From sequence record SRR31156797_5907: a stretch of 33,914 bases of DNA. One strand, given 5' to 3'. Below are positions 1 through 10,234 of the stretch, in pieces (positions within the stretch are counted from its first letter, which is position 1; each line of letters starts with the position of its first letter). Below the pieces are notes generated by a model. The model saw only the letters and a list, made by a program, of their open reading frames with translations, was not told the origin of the DNA and searched no databases. Position numbers and translations under genes: made by a program.

Positions 1-29
1 TTTATGTAAACCTATTTCAGGACAAGACA
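1..29. mobile_element. Terminal inverted repeat of an insertion sequence (IS3-family-like) whose body lies left of the window
   Basis: tttatgtaaacctatttcaggacaagaca ends in CA and is the exact reverse complement of the last 29 nt of the window (33886-33914). 5'-TG...CA-3' termini are typical of the IS3 family. No transposase is inside the window. Confidence 0.75.
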
Positions 30-95
30 TGAGTGCAACGAAGGCAAATAACCCAATAACATCTAACCCAATTACTTTGTAACTCAATATCTTCT

Positions 96-103
96 TACTT
101 TTG
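96..103 (+). promoter_or_regulatory. Bacteroidota sigma-70 -7 element (TACTTTTG) upstream of hutH
   Basis: Matches TAnnTTTG, 26 nt before the ATG at 130; a TTTG lies at 76-79. Confidence 0.55.
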
Positions 104-129
104 CGCGTCGAATTAAAAATGTAACACAA

Positions 130-1653
130 ATGGCTGTTCATCAAATCAGTTCTAAACTCCTGAACTTCGAGGATATCGATCTTATCCTGAAAAATAATTA
201 CAAACTTGAGCTTTCAGAAGAGGCGGTCGGTAAAATTCAAAAATGCCGTGATTACCTGGATAAAAAGATGGCAGAAAGCAATGACCCGATTTACGGGATC
301 AACACTGGTTTTGGGGCGCTGCACAATGTAAGTATTTCGCGCGATGACCTGCACCAGCTGCAGGAAAATCTGGTGATGTCGCATGCCTGCGGAACAGGGG
401 ATGAAGTGCCTCCAATTATTTCCAGACTGATGATCATGCTTAAGGTGCATGCGCTGTCTTACGGGCATTCCGGGGTGCAACTTTCAACGGTACAACGGTT
501 GATCGATTTTTTCAATAACGATATCACTCCTGTTGTGTACCAGTTGGGCTCTTTGGGAGCTTCAGGTGATTTGTCGCCACTGGCCCACATGAGTCTGCCT
601 TTGATTGGGAAAGGCGAAGTTTATTATAAAGGCGAGCGGATGAGCGGTGAAAAAATGAACCAACTGATGGGTTGGGAACCCATTCACCTGCGATCGAAAG
701 AAGGCCTGGCACTGCTCAACGGAACGCAATTTATGAGTGCTTACGGAATCTATCTGTGCCTGCGTGTATTTAAACTTTCACGGCTGTCAGATATCATTGG
801 TGCCCTTTCGTTGGATGCTTTTGATGGTCGCATCGAACCTTTCCATGACCTGATTCAACAGATCAGGCATCACCGGGGACAGATAAAAACAGCCGACCGC
901 ATCAGGAAACTGATGGATGGCAGTGAGCTGATCAACCGCAAAAAAGCGCATGTTCAGGATCCTTATTCTTTCCGCTGTATTCCGCAGGTGCATGGCGCTT
1001 CCAAAGATTCGATCGATTATGTTGCATATGTTTTCAGGATGGAAATTAACGCAGTTACGGATAACCCAACAATTTTCCCGGATGAGGATCTGATCATTTC
1101 GGCAGGAAATTTCCATGGGCAGCCGTTGGCACTTGCTTTGGACAATTTATGTATCGCGATGGCCGAGCTGGCCAATATTTCGGAACGAAGAACTTTCCAG
1201 TTGTTGGATGGTAAGCGTGATCTACCGCATTTTTTGGTGGCTAACCCCGGTGTCAACTCCGGCTTTATGATCCCGCAATACACGGCAGCATCCATCGTAA
1301 ATCAAAATAAGCAGCTTTGCACACCTGCTTCTGTCGACACCATCGAGTCGTCGCAGGGGCAGGAAGACCATGTGAGCATGGGGGCCAATGCAGCCACCAA
1401 AGCTTTTCGTGTGCTGGAAAACCTGGAGCGTGTTTTGGCCATCGAATTGTTTAATGCGGCACAGGCACTGGAATTCCGCCGTCCGGTAAAGTCTTCTCCA
1501 TACATTGAGAATTTTGTTTCGCAATACCGCGAACACGTAAAGTTTATTGACGAAGACAAAGTGATGTATGATGATATCCAGGCTTCAGTAAACTTTTTAA
1601 AGAATATTACGTTTGAATTGCCCGGTGAGGATGTTACGAAATATGAATTGTAA
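130..1653 (+). CDS. hutH: Histidine ammonia-lyase
   Basis: 507 aa; YGINTGFG, MIO-forming GSLGASGDL, KEGLALLNGT, QDPYSFRC, GNFHGQP and QEDHVSM motifs. Confidence 0.95.
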   Translation: MAVHQISSKLLNFEDIDLILKNNYKLELSEEAVGKIQKCRDYLDKKMAESNDPIYGINTGFGALHNVSISRDDLHQLQENLVMSHACGTGDEVPPIISRLMIMLKVHALSYGHSGVQLSTVQRLIDFFNNDITPVVYQLGSLGASGDLSPLAHMSLPLIGKGEVYYKGERMSGEKMNQLMGWEPIHLRSKEGLALLNGTQFMSAYGIYLCLRVFKLSRLSDIIGALSLDAFDGRIEPFHDLIQQIRHHRGQIKTADRIRKLMDGSELINRKKAHVQDPYSFRCIPQVHGASKDSIDYVAYVFRMEINAVTDNPTIFPDEDLIISAGNFHGQPLALALDNLCIAMAELANISERRTFQLLDGKRDLPHFLVANPGVNSGFMIPQYTAASIVNQNKQLCTPASVDTIESSQGQEDHVSMGANAATKAFRVLENLERVLAIELFNAAQALEFRRPVKSSPYIENFVSQYREHVKFIDEDKVMYDDIQASVNFLKNITFELPGEDVTKYEL

Positions 1654-1734
1654 TATTTCCGTTTTGAACCCGTCAGGTACTGTTTATCCTAAATTGATGG
1701 GTATGTTTTAATTTGCATATAAAATGACTTAACC

Positions 1735-2058
1735 ATGAACGAAATAACCAACCAAAACTCCATAAAAGATGCTGTTACCGAACAGCTCAAAACCGTGTAT
1801 GACCCTGAAATCCCCGTGAATATTTTTGAACTGGGACTGATTTATGAGGTAAATGTGCTGGACGATAATAAGGTGAAAATAGTCATGACACTCACCAGCC
1901 CAAACTGCCCGGTTGCAGAATCGTTGCCTATGGAGGTGAAGCAAAAAGTGGAAATGGCTGAAGGAGTCTCCGAAGCAGAGGTTGAAATCACCTTCGAGCC
2001 ACCCTGGGATCAGGACATGATTTCTGAAGAAGCCATGCTTGAACTCGGATTATTGTAA
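1735..2058 (+). CDS. DUF59/SufT-like Fe-S cluster assembly protein
   Basis: 107 aa; VYDPEIPVNIFELGLIY, MTLTSPNCP and FEPPW motifs. Confidence 0.92.
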   Translation: MNEITNQNSIKDAVTEQLKTVYDPEIPVNIFELGLIYEVNVLDDNKVKIVMTLTSPNCPVAESLPMEVKQKVEMAEGVSEAEVEITFEPPWDQDMISEEAMLELGLL

Positions 2059-2094
2059 ATTTGCACGCTGACCTGGTAAACGAGGAATTAGAAT

Positions 2095-4017
2095 TTGGAA
2101 AAAGATAAAATTTCCGGGGGATTGTTGTCAAGCATCAATTCACCTGCCGATCTCAGAAAGCTATCCGAAGATCAGCTGGAAGATTTGTGTGGTGAATTGC
2201 GTGAATTTATTATTGATGCCGTATCCTCAAACCCGGGACACCTGGGTGCCAGCCTGGGAGCCGTGGAAATCACCGTTGCACTGCATTACATCTTCAATAC
2301 CCCCGACGATAAATTGATCTGGGATGTGGGCCACCAGGCTTACGGGCATAAAATAATCACCGGCAGGCGGGATCAATTCTACAGCAATCGAAAAAAAGGT
2401 GGGATCAGCGGTTTCCCGAAAATGTCAGAAAGTGAATATGATGCTTTTGGCGTGGGACATTCCTCAACATCCATTTCTGCTGCATTGGGCATGGCAGAAG
2501 CCTCCAAAAAACTTGGATTAAAAGATCGCCAACACATTGCTGTAATTGGCGATGGGTCCATGACGGGCGGTATGGCCATCGAGGCCATGAACAACGCCGG
2601 GGTGAATAATCCAAACCTGCTCGTAATTTTGAATGACAATGGTATTGCCATCGATAAAAATGTGGGTGCCATAAAGGATTATCTCGCAGGCATTGCCACT
2701 TCTGAAACCTATAACCGGATCAGAAATAAAATATGGCGGATGTTGGGAGGAGATTCCAAATATGGCGAAAATACCCGTTCGATTGTAAAGCAGGTGGGAA
2801 ATGCTGTTAAAGGCAGTATTCTTAGGCGAAGTAATCTTTTTGAAGCATTCAATTTCAGGTATTTTGGACCTGTGGACGGTAACGATGTAGTTAGGCTGGT
2901 AAAACTCCTTGGTGACCTGAAAAATATTGATGGCCCAAAATTACTTCACATCATTACTACCAAAGGAAAAGGGCTGGAACTGGCCGAACAGGAACCCACA
3001 AAATATCATGCTCCTCCCGGAAAATTCGATAAAACCACCGGAAAAATACTCAAGAGTGACCCTTGCAATGGAATACAGCCGGCGAAATACCAAACCGTTT
3101 TTGGCCGGACAATAATTGAACTGGCCGAAAAGAACGATAAAATCGTTGGGATCACACCCGCTATGCCATCCGGTAGTTCGCTGGATATGATGATGCATAA
3201 AATGCCTGACCGTGCTTACGATGTAGGCATTGCTGAACAACATGCCGTAACCTATTCTGCAGGCCTTGCTACTCAGGGATTTTTGCCGTTTTGCAATATT
3301 TATTCAACATTTTTCCAACGGGCCTACGATCAGCTTATCCATGATGTGGCGCTTCAGAATCTGAACGTGGTTTTTTGTCTCGATCGGGCAGGTGTGGTAG
3401 GTGAAGATGGGCCTACACATCATGGCTCTTTCGATTTGGCCTGCCTGCATAGCATTCCGAATCTCACTGTCTGTGCGCCAATGAATGAGGTTGAACTGCG
3501 ACATATGATGTACACTGCCCAGCTTGAAAATAAGGGGCCTTTTGTGATCCGCTATCCAAGGGGAAGAGGGGCGTTGGCTGAGTGGAAAGTGCCTTACGAG
3601 GAGCTGGAAATTGGCAGAGGAAGGTTGATCAAGGAAGGTAAAGATGTCGCCATCATTTCCATTGGCCACATTGGTAATGAAGCTGCAAAAGCTATTAAAC
3701 AGGTAAAAAATGATGGATTCGATCCGGCACATTATGATCTCCGGTTTCTGAAACCCATCGACGAATCATTGCTTCACGAAGTTTTTAAAAAGTTTGATAG
3801 GGTGATAACCGTGGAAGATGGCTCTGTTAAAGGCGGAATGGGTTCAGCGGTCATTGAGTTTATGGCTGACAATAACTATCATGCAAAAGTTAACCGCCTG
3901 GGTATTCCTGATCGGTTTATCGGGCAGGGCACGCAACAGGAGTTGTGGAAAGAGTGTGGCTATGATGCCGATGGAATTGCTGCGGCGATCAGGAATTTGT
4001 TGGATGGCTCGAAATAG
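2095..4017 (+). CDS. dxs: 1-deoxy-D-xylulose-5-phosphate synthase
   Basis: 640 aa, TTG start; GHLGASLG, WDVGHQAYGHK, TPP motif GDGSMTGG...NDN, DVGIAEQHA, DRAGVVGEDGPTHHG. Confidence 0.96.
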   Translation: MEKDKISGGLLSSINSPADLRKLSEDQLEDLCGELREFIIDAVSSNPGHLGASLGAVEITVALHYIFNTPDDKLIWDVGHQAYGHKIITGRRDQFYSNRKKGGISGFPKMSESEYDAFGVGHSSTSISAALGMAEASKKLGLKDRQHIAVIGDGSMTGGMAIEAMNNAGVNNPNLLVILNDNGIAIDKNVGAIKDYLAGIATSETYNRIRNKIWRMLGGDSKYGENTRSIVKQVGNAVKGSILRRSNLFEAFNFRYFGPVDGNDVVRLVKLLGDLKNIDGPKLLHIITTKGKGLELAEQEPTKYHAPPGKFDKTTGKILKSDPCNGIQPAKYQTVFGRTIIELAEKNDKIVGITPAMPSGSSLDMMMHKMPDRAYDVGIAEQHAVTYSAGLATQGFLPFCNIYSTFFQRAYDQLIHDVALQNLNVVFCLDRAGVVGEDGPTHHGSFDLACLHSIPNLTVCAPMNEVELRHMMYTAQLENKGPFVIRYPRGRGALAEWKVPYEELEIGRGRLIKEGKDVAIISIGHIGNEAAKAIKQVKNDGFDPAHYDLRFLKPIDESLLHEVFKKFDRVITVEDGSVKGGMGSAVIEFMADNNYHAKVNRLGIPDRFIGQGTQQELWKECGYDADGIAAAIRNLLDGSK

Positions 4018-5941
4018 ATTTCTCCCATTGGTTTTTGTTGGCAGGAACTGAAAAATAAAAATCTGATCCTTCGCCCTTTTTGCTCTCAGCCCATACCTTT
4101 CCATGGTTTAAAGCGGCCATTTCTTTACAAATGATCAGGCCAAGCCCGGTCCCTTTTTCACCTTCCGTACCAGGCTCAGGATCATAGGATGATAAACTGA
4201 ATAATTGTTTCAACCGATCTGGGTCTATTCCCACCCCATCGTCAGTAATGCGAAATACACAATATCCATCATCAGCATTTGTGGAGATCGTGATTTTTCC
4301 TCCGGGATGCGAAAATTTGATGGCATTGTTCAGGTAGTTACGAAGGATTGTTTTTACCATTTCCTCATCGGCGTAAGCTTTATTGCCGGGTTTGATTTTT
4401 ATATCAAGCCTCAGATTTTTGTTGTGTTGGTTGGCAACAAACAGTGAGGATATTTCATCAACGAGATTTAAAGGGTTTATAATGACCGGTGAAACCCTGA
4501 TTTTTCCGCGTTGCGACCTTGACCATTGTGATAGAGTATGGAGCAAACCTGCCATTGCGTTTGCCGATTTAGATATAAAACTGATATACCGGCCAATGAT
4601 TTCAGGCGACTCGTTTAAATAATTCAGGTTAAGCAACTGGATAAACCCAAGCATACTGTTCAACGGATTTTTCAGGTCGTGACTCACGATCGAAAACAGC
4701 TTGTCTTTCATGGCATTAACCCTGATGAGCTCCTCATTTTGAGAAACAATCTTGTTTTTCGCTATTATTTCGCTGGTAATATCAACTGTTGTTCCAACCA
4801 CTTTAAAAGCTTGCCCATTTTCATCATAAACCGGGTTGCCGTATGAATGCAGCCAGTGTTCAGAACCATCAGGCCAAAATACCCGATAGGTACTTGAAAA
4901 CACAACACCTTCCTTGATGGCTTTATCAAATGCTATCGTCCCCTTATCTCGATCGTCAGGATGCATCAATTTCCCGATTGTTTCAGTAGAGCCATCAAAT
5001 TCCTTTTCATCAATACCAAACAACCGGGCACTTTTACCAAACCAGTCAACCCTGTTCCCATCAACATACCATTCCCATAATCCCAGGTTACCAGCTGTAA
5101 GGGCCATTTCCAGTTTTTCATTCAGTACCCTGAGTAGTTCTTCGGCTTTTTTGCGGTCGGTAATATCAGTTGTGATGCCACAAATGGATTCAACATTTCC
5201 GTGGTTATCGAAAATGGGCACCTTAACCGATATTGCAGTGTGCATACCATCTTCAAGCTCCTGTGTTTCTTCAAAAACTATAGGTTTGCCGCTTTTTATA
5301 ACAGCCAGGTCATTATTCCGGAATCTTGCTGCTGTATCTTTATCGGTGATATCAGTATCTTTTTTACCTGCAAGCTCTCCTGTTTCTATTTTATATACTT
5401 CTTCGAGTGCTTTATTTGCAAACAGGTAAGTGCCGTTAAGATCCTTGGTATAGATCAGGGCAGTTGTGTTTTCAGCAATGGTTTTTAATACCTCTTTTTG
5501 CTGAAATAATTCGTTCTCGTTTTTTTTATTTTCTGAAATATCTCTGCTTGTTACAATATTGGTAACATTATTTCCCTGACTATCATATATCCTGGTTACA
5601 GAGTTTTCTATCCAGCAATAGCTGCCATCCTCGCGCTTAAACTGGAACGGGTATTTTTGATGCCTACGCTTGTGTTTTATATGATCATTAACCAGTTGAC
5701 CCAGTTTAGGAAGGTCATCAGGATGAACACGATCAAGTACATCCTGATAGGTTTTAAACTGATAAAAATCTTTACATCCAAAAATTTCATTCATCGAAGG
5801 GGATGCGTAAACCAGTTCTTTATTTTCAAAAAGTGCCATCCCGTCCAGGGAATTCTCTACAAGCAACCTGTAAATGTCGTTATCAGAATCTTGATTTGTC
5901 GATCTGCTTAAGGTACTCGGATCCTGGTGATTGTTTGTCAT
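3989..5941 (-). CDS. Cytoplasmic multi-PAS sensor histidine kinase (about 3 PAS/PAC + HisKA + HATPase)
   Basis: PAS signatures VHPDD and MHPDD with PAC ends (DISE, DITD, DITS); H-box SHDLKNP, N-box NAIKFS, G1 DDGVGI, G2 GTGLGL; no obvious TM segment. Its 3' end overlaps the dxs 3' end by 29 nt. Confidence 0.9.
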   Translation of the reverse strand: MTNNHQDPSTLSRSTNQDSDNDIYRLLVENSLDGMALFENKELVYASPSMNEIFGCKDFYQFKTYQDVLDRVHPDDLPKLGQLVNDHIKHKRRHQKYPFQFKREDGSYCWIENSVTRIYDSQGNNVTNIVTSRDISENKKNENELFQQKEVLKTIAENTTALIYTKDLNGTYLFANKALEEVYKIETGELAGKKDTDITDKDTAARFRNNDLAVIKSGKPIVFEETQELEDGMHTAISVKVPIFDNHGNVESICGITTDITDRKKAEELLRVLNEKLEMALTAGNLGLWEWYVDGNRVDWFGKSARLFGIDEKEFDGSTETIGKLMHPDDRDKGTIAFDKAIKEGVVFSSTYRVFWPDGSEHWLHSYGNPVYDENGQAFKVVGTTVDITSEIIAKNKIVSQNEELIRVNAMKDKLFSIVSHDLKNPLNSMLGFIQLLNLNYLNESPEIIGRYISFISKSANAMAGLLHTLSQWSRSQRGKIRVSPVIINPLNLVDEISSLFVANQHNKNLRLDIKIKPGNKAYADEEMVKTILRNYLNNAIKFSHPGGKITISTNADDGYCVFRITDDGVGIDPDRLKQLFSLSSYDPEPGTEGEKGTGLGLIICKEMAALNHGKVWAESKKGEGSDFYFSVPANKNQWEKSISSHPTNS

Positions 5942-6024
5942 CGTTTAATAATTGGTTTGTGATATTGGATTTCGTAAGTTGGTACAGTTCGTATTACGAG
6001 GATATATTACCGACTCCTGTTTCG

Positions 6025-6032
6025 CAAATGTA
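6025..6032 (-). promoter_or_regulatory. Putative -7 element (TACATTTG on minus strand) for the histidine kinase
   Basis: caaatgta on the plus strand reads TAnnTTTG on the minus strand, about 84 nt upstream of the kinase start. Confidence 0.4.
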
Positions 6033-6162
6033 TAAATAGAAAACTCATTGAGCAAGTTTTTAGCCCTTCTTACCGGGATAAAATTAAATGGCGATTCTCA
6101 AATTCAGGATAAATTCCTGAGATTGTCGAATTGTTCTTTATTTTAGCCGAAAACTAGCATTT

Positions 6163-8136
6163 GTGAAAAGATTTATTTTAGTTTTTCTTTTTGTCCTGGC
6201 TATTTTATTTGGCGTTATTGCTCAGAATTCGGATGGAAATATTCCGGCCCTGAATAATCGTAATCTCAAAATTGAATTTCCCGGGATTATAATGCAGGAT
6301 CTGGAAACGGCTTTTTACTTTACGGTAACCGATCCTGAATTAAAATTATTGATCGATGGCCCGGTGGCAGCCCGCGTGAATGGTAAAGACACCTTCCTGA
6401 GTTTTAAAGGTGGTAGAGCAGAACACATCGTTGTTTTTGATCAGCCCCAGGAAATCTCCATCGAAATACAGAACTTTAGTTATAATGACCGGGTTACGCC
6501 TATTCCCTTGTGGCTATCAATTTTACCACCACTCATTGCCATCGTTATGGCACTGGTGATCCGTGAGGTTTATTCAGCGCTTTTCACCGGAATACTCGTG
6601 GGTGCTTTTATCATATTCTTTTACCGTGGGCAACATCTCTTTGAGGCCCTTTTTAATGGTTTTTTTGCGGTAATTGATACTTACATCCTTGAATCCATGA
6701 AGGATAGCAGCCACCTATCCATCATTATATTCTCGATGATGATTGGTGGCATGGTGGGTGTCATAACCAAAAATGGAGGCATGAAGGGCGTTGTAATATT
6801 CTTGTCACGCTATGCCAATAATGCCCGATCGGGACAGCTGGTTACATGGCTTCTGGGCATCCTGATTTTTTTTGATGATTATGCGAACACGCTTGTGGTT
6901 GGTAACACCATGCGGCCTGTAACAGACAGGCTCAAAATTTCAAGGGAAAAGCTTGCCTATATTGTAGATTCCACTGCGGCGCCGATTGCTTCGATTGCAT
7001 TTGTTACAACCTGGATAGGTGCTGAGTTGAGCTACATTCAGGATGGTATCAAATCCCTTGGCCTTGATGAAACACCTTATGATGTCTTTCTGAACTCGTT
7101 ACAGTATTCATTTTATCCGGTTTTGGCTATCTTTTTTATGTTTTTCCTCATCTGGAAACGGCGCGACTTTGGTGTGATGTACCGGTTTGAGAAAGCTGCA
7201 CGGGAAGGCACTTATCATTCAGCAGAATCTTCAGGGTCGGCAGCAGGGTTTGGAGAAGAAGTTGAACCGGAACAGGGAGTAGCTGCCAGATGGTACAATG
7301 CTTTTATACCTGTGATGGTAGTTGTGCTGGGTACTATTGCAGGATTGATCGTAACCGGCATTCGGGCTGTCGGGTGGGGAGAAGCCGAAAGCTTTGCCGG
7401 CAATATCTCCCGTGTAATTGGCAATGCAGATTCGTTCAGTGCTTTGCTGTGGTCTTCGCTCGGGGGAGTGGTGGTAGCCATTTTGCTGTCGGTATCACAA
7501 AGGATTCTAAACCTACGGAAAAGCATTGATGCCCTGGTACAGGGATATAAAACCATGCTAACTGCTGTGCTCATCCTGGTGCTGGCCTGGTCTATTGCGC
7601 TCATCACAGAGCATTTGCACACCGCAGAGTTCATCTCTTCCAGCCTGATCAAATTCCAACTGAGTCCATATCTTGTCCCAACTCTCACATTTTTGCTGGC
7701 GGCATTGGTTTCTTTTTCCACCGGATCATCATGGGGCACCATGGCCATTCTCTATCCCCTGATTTTGCCGGCTTCATGGCTGATCTGTATGGACGCCGGA
7801 TTTGAGTATGACCCTGCCATCGCGATTTTTCACAATGTGGTATCGGCAGTACTTGCCGGGTCGGTGCTCGGAGATCATTGTTCTCCCATTTCTGATACAA
7901 CAATCTTAAGTTCGCTTGCCAGTTCGTGCAACCACATCAACCACGTACGAACACAAATGCCTTATGCGCTTACCGTTGGAGTTGTGGGCATATTTTTTGG
8001 AACATTACCGGCAGCTTATGGTGTTTCGTCGTTGATTTTATTCCCGGTAAACATCCTTGTGTTATTTGCCATTGTACACTTTGCTGGAAAGAAACATCCA
8101 AAGGTGTTTGCTGATGGAAGGGTGGTAGCCAGGTAA
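6163..8136 (+). CDS. Na+/H+ antiporter NhaC-family (ion transporter superfamily) membrane protein with N-terminal signal peptide and extracytoplasmic domain
   Basis: 657 aa, GTG start; FFDDYAN, SREKLAYIVDSTAAP, FSTGSSWGTM, GDHCSPISDTTILSS and HVRTQMPYA motifs; many TM helices. Confidence 0.88.
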   Translation: MKRFILVFLFVLAILFGVIAQNSDGNIPALNNRNLKIEFPGIIMQDLETAFYFTVTDPELKLLIDGPVAARVNGKDTFLSFKGGRAEHIVVFDQPQEISIEIQNFSYNDRVTPIPLWLSILPPLIAIVMALVIREVYSALFTGILVGAFIIFFYRGQHLFEALFNGFFAVIDTYILESMKDSSHLSIIIFSMMIGGMVGVITKNGGMKGVVIFLSRYANNARSGQLVTWLLGILIFFDDYANTLVVGNTMRPVTDRLKISREKLAYIVDSTAAPIASIAFVTTWIGAELSYIQDGIKSLGLDETPYDVFLNSLQYSFYPVLAIFFMFFLIWKRRDFGVMYRFEKAAREGTYHSAESSGSAAGFGEEVEPEQGVAARWYNAFIPVMVVVLGTIAGLIVTGIRAVGWGEAESFAGNISRVIGNADSFSALLWSSLGGVVVAILLSVSQRILNLRKSIDALVQGYKTMLTAVLILVLAWSIALITEHLHTAEFISSSLIKFQLSPYLVPTLTFLLAALVSFSTGSSWGTMAILYPLILPASWLICMDAGFEYDPAIAIFHNVVSAVLAGSVLGDHCSPISDTTILSSLASSCNHINHVRTQMPYALTVGVVGIFFGTLPAAYGVSSLILFPVNILVLFAIVHFAGKKHPKVFADGRVVAR

Positions 8137-8194
8137 ATATCAGGTTTACTGCTTTTTTGGATAATTAAGCTGGTAGGGATAACGTTTTAGAACA

Positions 8195-8731
8195 ATGAAG
8201 AAAACGAGGTTCAAACCAAATGACAGCCAAAGCCAGGGTTTTTCAGTATTTGCCATTTCTACCATACTGGTTGATTATAAGCTTGCCTTTGAATTGAACA
8301 AGCTATTGGAAATAAATCTCACTAAAAAAGCCGATCTGCCTGTTTATATTTCAGGGAAACAGGCTGTTAATTTCCCGTTTTACTTCTGCAAAAACGATGA
8401 CAGCGCTGAGTTTTACCTTATCGAAGACCGCACCTCAGGCGAACCCATGATGCGGAGTTTCCTGCTATTTGCCAGGGGCCATTTTGATGAGATTGTACCT
8501 GAAGAATTGCCTGACCGGATAGGAGGGATTGCCGATATTTTTAATTGCAACAGCATCGATTTACAAAACCAACAACAGAAGCAAAGGAAAGCAACAAAAA
8601 TATCACGCCTGGTAAACAATATCCTTTCTGACCTGGAATATCACCTCCTCGAAATCAACCGCGAGGAAGAACAAAAAAAAGTAAAGCTAATACCAACCCA
8701 AACCCGCAGCATCAGGAAACTATACAATTAA
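8195..8731 (+). CDS. IPExxxVDY-family-like hypothetical protein (divergent)
   Basis: N-terminal AISTILVDYKLAFELNKLLEINL resembles this Bacteroidota family, and the position directly upstream of pyk fits. The eponymous motif itself is not visible. Confidence 0.6.
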   Translation: MKKTRFKPNDSQSQGFSVFAISTILVDYKLAFELNKLLEINLTKKADLPVYISGKQAVNFPFYFCKNDDSAEFYLIEDRTSGEPMMRSFLLFARGHFDEIVPEELPDRIGGIADIFNCNSIDLQNQQQKQRKATKISRLVNNILSDLEYHLLEINREEEQKKVKLIPTQTRSIRKLYN

Positions 8732-8809
8732 TTCATCAGGGTGTTAAAATGCTTAAAGCACTATGATGTTGGAAAAATAAGTGGATATTTGTGTTTTAAT
8801 GCGATAGAA

Positions 8810-10234
8810 ATGAAAACAAAAATTGTTGCTACTGTTGGCCCAGCCTGTTCATCACCCGAAACCCTTAAAAAACTCATTTTTGCCGGGGTTGATGTTTTCA
8901 GGCTTAATTTTTCACATGTTGATTATGATGGTTTTGAAAGGATCATTAATGATATTCACAAACTTAACGAAAAGCTTGAAACACATGTGGCAATCCTGGC
9001 TGATCTGCAGGGACCGAAAATAAGGGTTGGTGAGTTAGCTGCTGATGGTATTAAATTAGCGGACGGAGCAGCCATAAAATTTACCACCGATGAGAAACTG
9101 GTGGATAAAGGTATGATCCTTATCAATTACCAGGGTTTGGCATCTGATGTAAAAGCCGGGGAAAATATTCTGCTTGATGATGGTAAAATAAGCTTACGCA
9201 TTAAAAAAACGGATGGTAAATCGGTGATTGAGGCCCAGGTTGTGAACGGAGGTGTTTTGTTTTCACGAAAGGGTGTCAACCTTCCGGATACCCGGCTACG
9301 ATTACCATCTTTAACTGAAAAAGACAAGCGGGATGTGAAGTTTATCCTCAACCATAAAATTGATTGGATTGCCTTATCGTTTGTGCGGCTGGCCGCTGAT
9401 ATTGAAGGTTTAAGGTCAATAATAAAAAGTCTGAGTCCCAATAATCCGATCCCGATCATTGCCAAAATTGAGAAGCCTGAAGCGGTGAAGAATATGGATT
9501 CTATCGTTGAAGCTGCTGAGGGGGTGATGGTTGCACGTGGCGACCTGGGCGTTGAAATTCCTTTGCAGAATGTACCCATGGTGCAGAAAAAGCTTGTGAA
9601 GAAATGCCTCCAGCATGCCAGGCCGGTTATCATTGCTACCCAAATGATGGAAGGTATGCTTAACAATCCACGGCCCACACGTGCTGAGGTGAACGATGTA
9701 GCCAACTCTGTGATGGATGGGGCCGATGCCTTGATGTTGAGCGGCGAAACCTCCGTTGGAAAGTTCCCCGTTGAAACCGTTGAGACCATGCAAAAAATCA
9801 TCGACCAGGTAGAAAGGTACGAAGGGATTTACCACAAGCAAACCAAGCCGGTGATAAAAAATAACCCGCGATTTATTTCCGATTCGATCATTTACAGCGG
9901 CTGCAATGTGGCGCGAGAAGCCAGGGCAAAAGCCATCGTTTCGGTGGCTTCGTCAGGGTATTCAACAGCTAAGATTTCTTCGCATCGCCCGAACACCACC
10001 ATTTTTGCATTTGCCAATAAGGATAGCATTTTACGCAGGCTGAATATGCTGTGGGGTGTAAAACCGGTATTTTTTGAAAGGTACATCCACACAGATCAAA
10101 CCATTATGGACCTGAAAAATGAGCTTAAGAAGCGTGGGCTTGTTCAGTCTGGAGATCTTTTGGTACATATCTCCAATATGCCCATCAACGAACCCGGAAA
10201 ATCGAATATGTTAAAGCTTGGATATATTGATTAA
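8810..10234 (+). CDS. pyk: Pyruvate kinase
   Basis: Start placed at ATG 8810 (MKTKIVATVGP) rather than 8741; RLNFSH, DLQGPKIR, IAKIE, MVARGDLG, ATQM, PTRAE and MLSGET motifs. Confidence 0.96.
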   Translation: MKTKIVATVGPACSSPETLKKLIFAGVDVFRLNFSHVDYDGFERIINDIHKLNEKLETHVAILADLQGPKIRVGELAADGIKLADGAAIKFTTDEKLVDKGMILINYQGLASDVKAGENILLDDGKISLRIKKTDGKSVIEAQVVNGGVLFSRKGVNLPDTRLRLPSLTEKDKRDVKFILNHKIDWIALSFVRLAADIEGLRSIIKSLSPNNPIPIIAKIEKPEAVKNMDSIVEAAEGVMVARGDLGVEIPLQNVPMVQKKLVKKCLQHARPVIIATQMMEGMLNNPRPTRAEVNDVANSVMDGADALMLSGETSVGKFPVETVETMQKIIDQVERYEGIYHKQTKPVIKNNPRFISDSIIYSGCNVAREARAKAIVSVASSGYSTAKISSHRPNTTIFAFANKDSILRRLNMLWGVKPVFFERYIHTDQTIMDLKNELKKRGLVQSGDLLVHISNMPINEPGKSNMLKLGYID

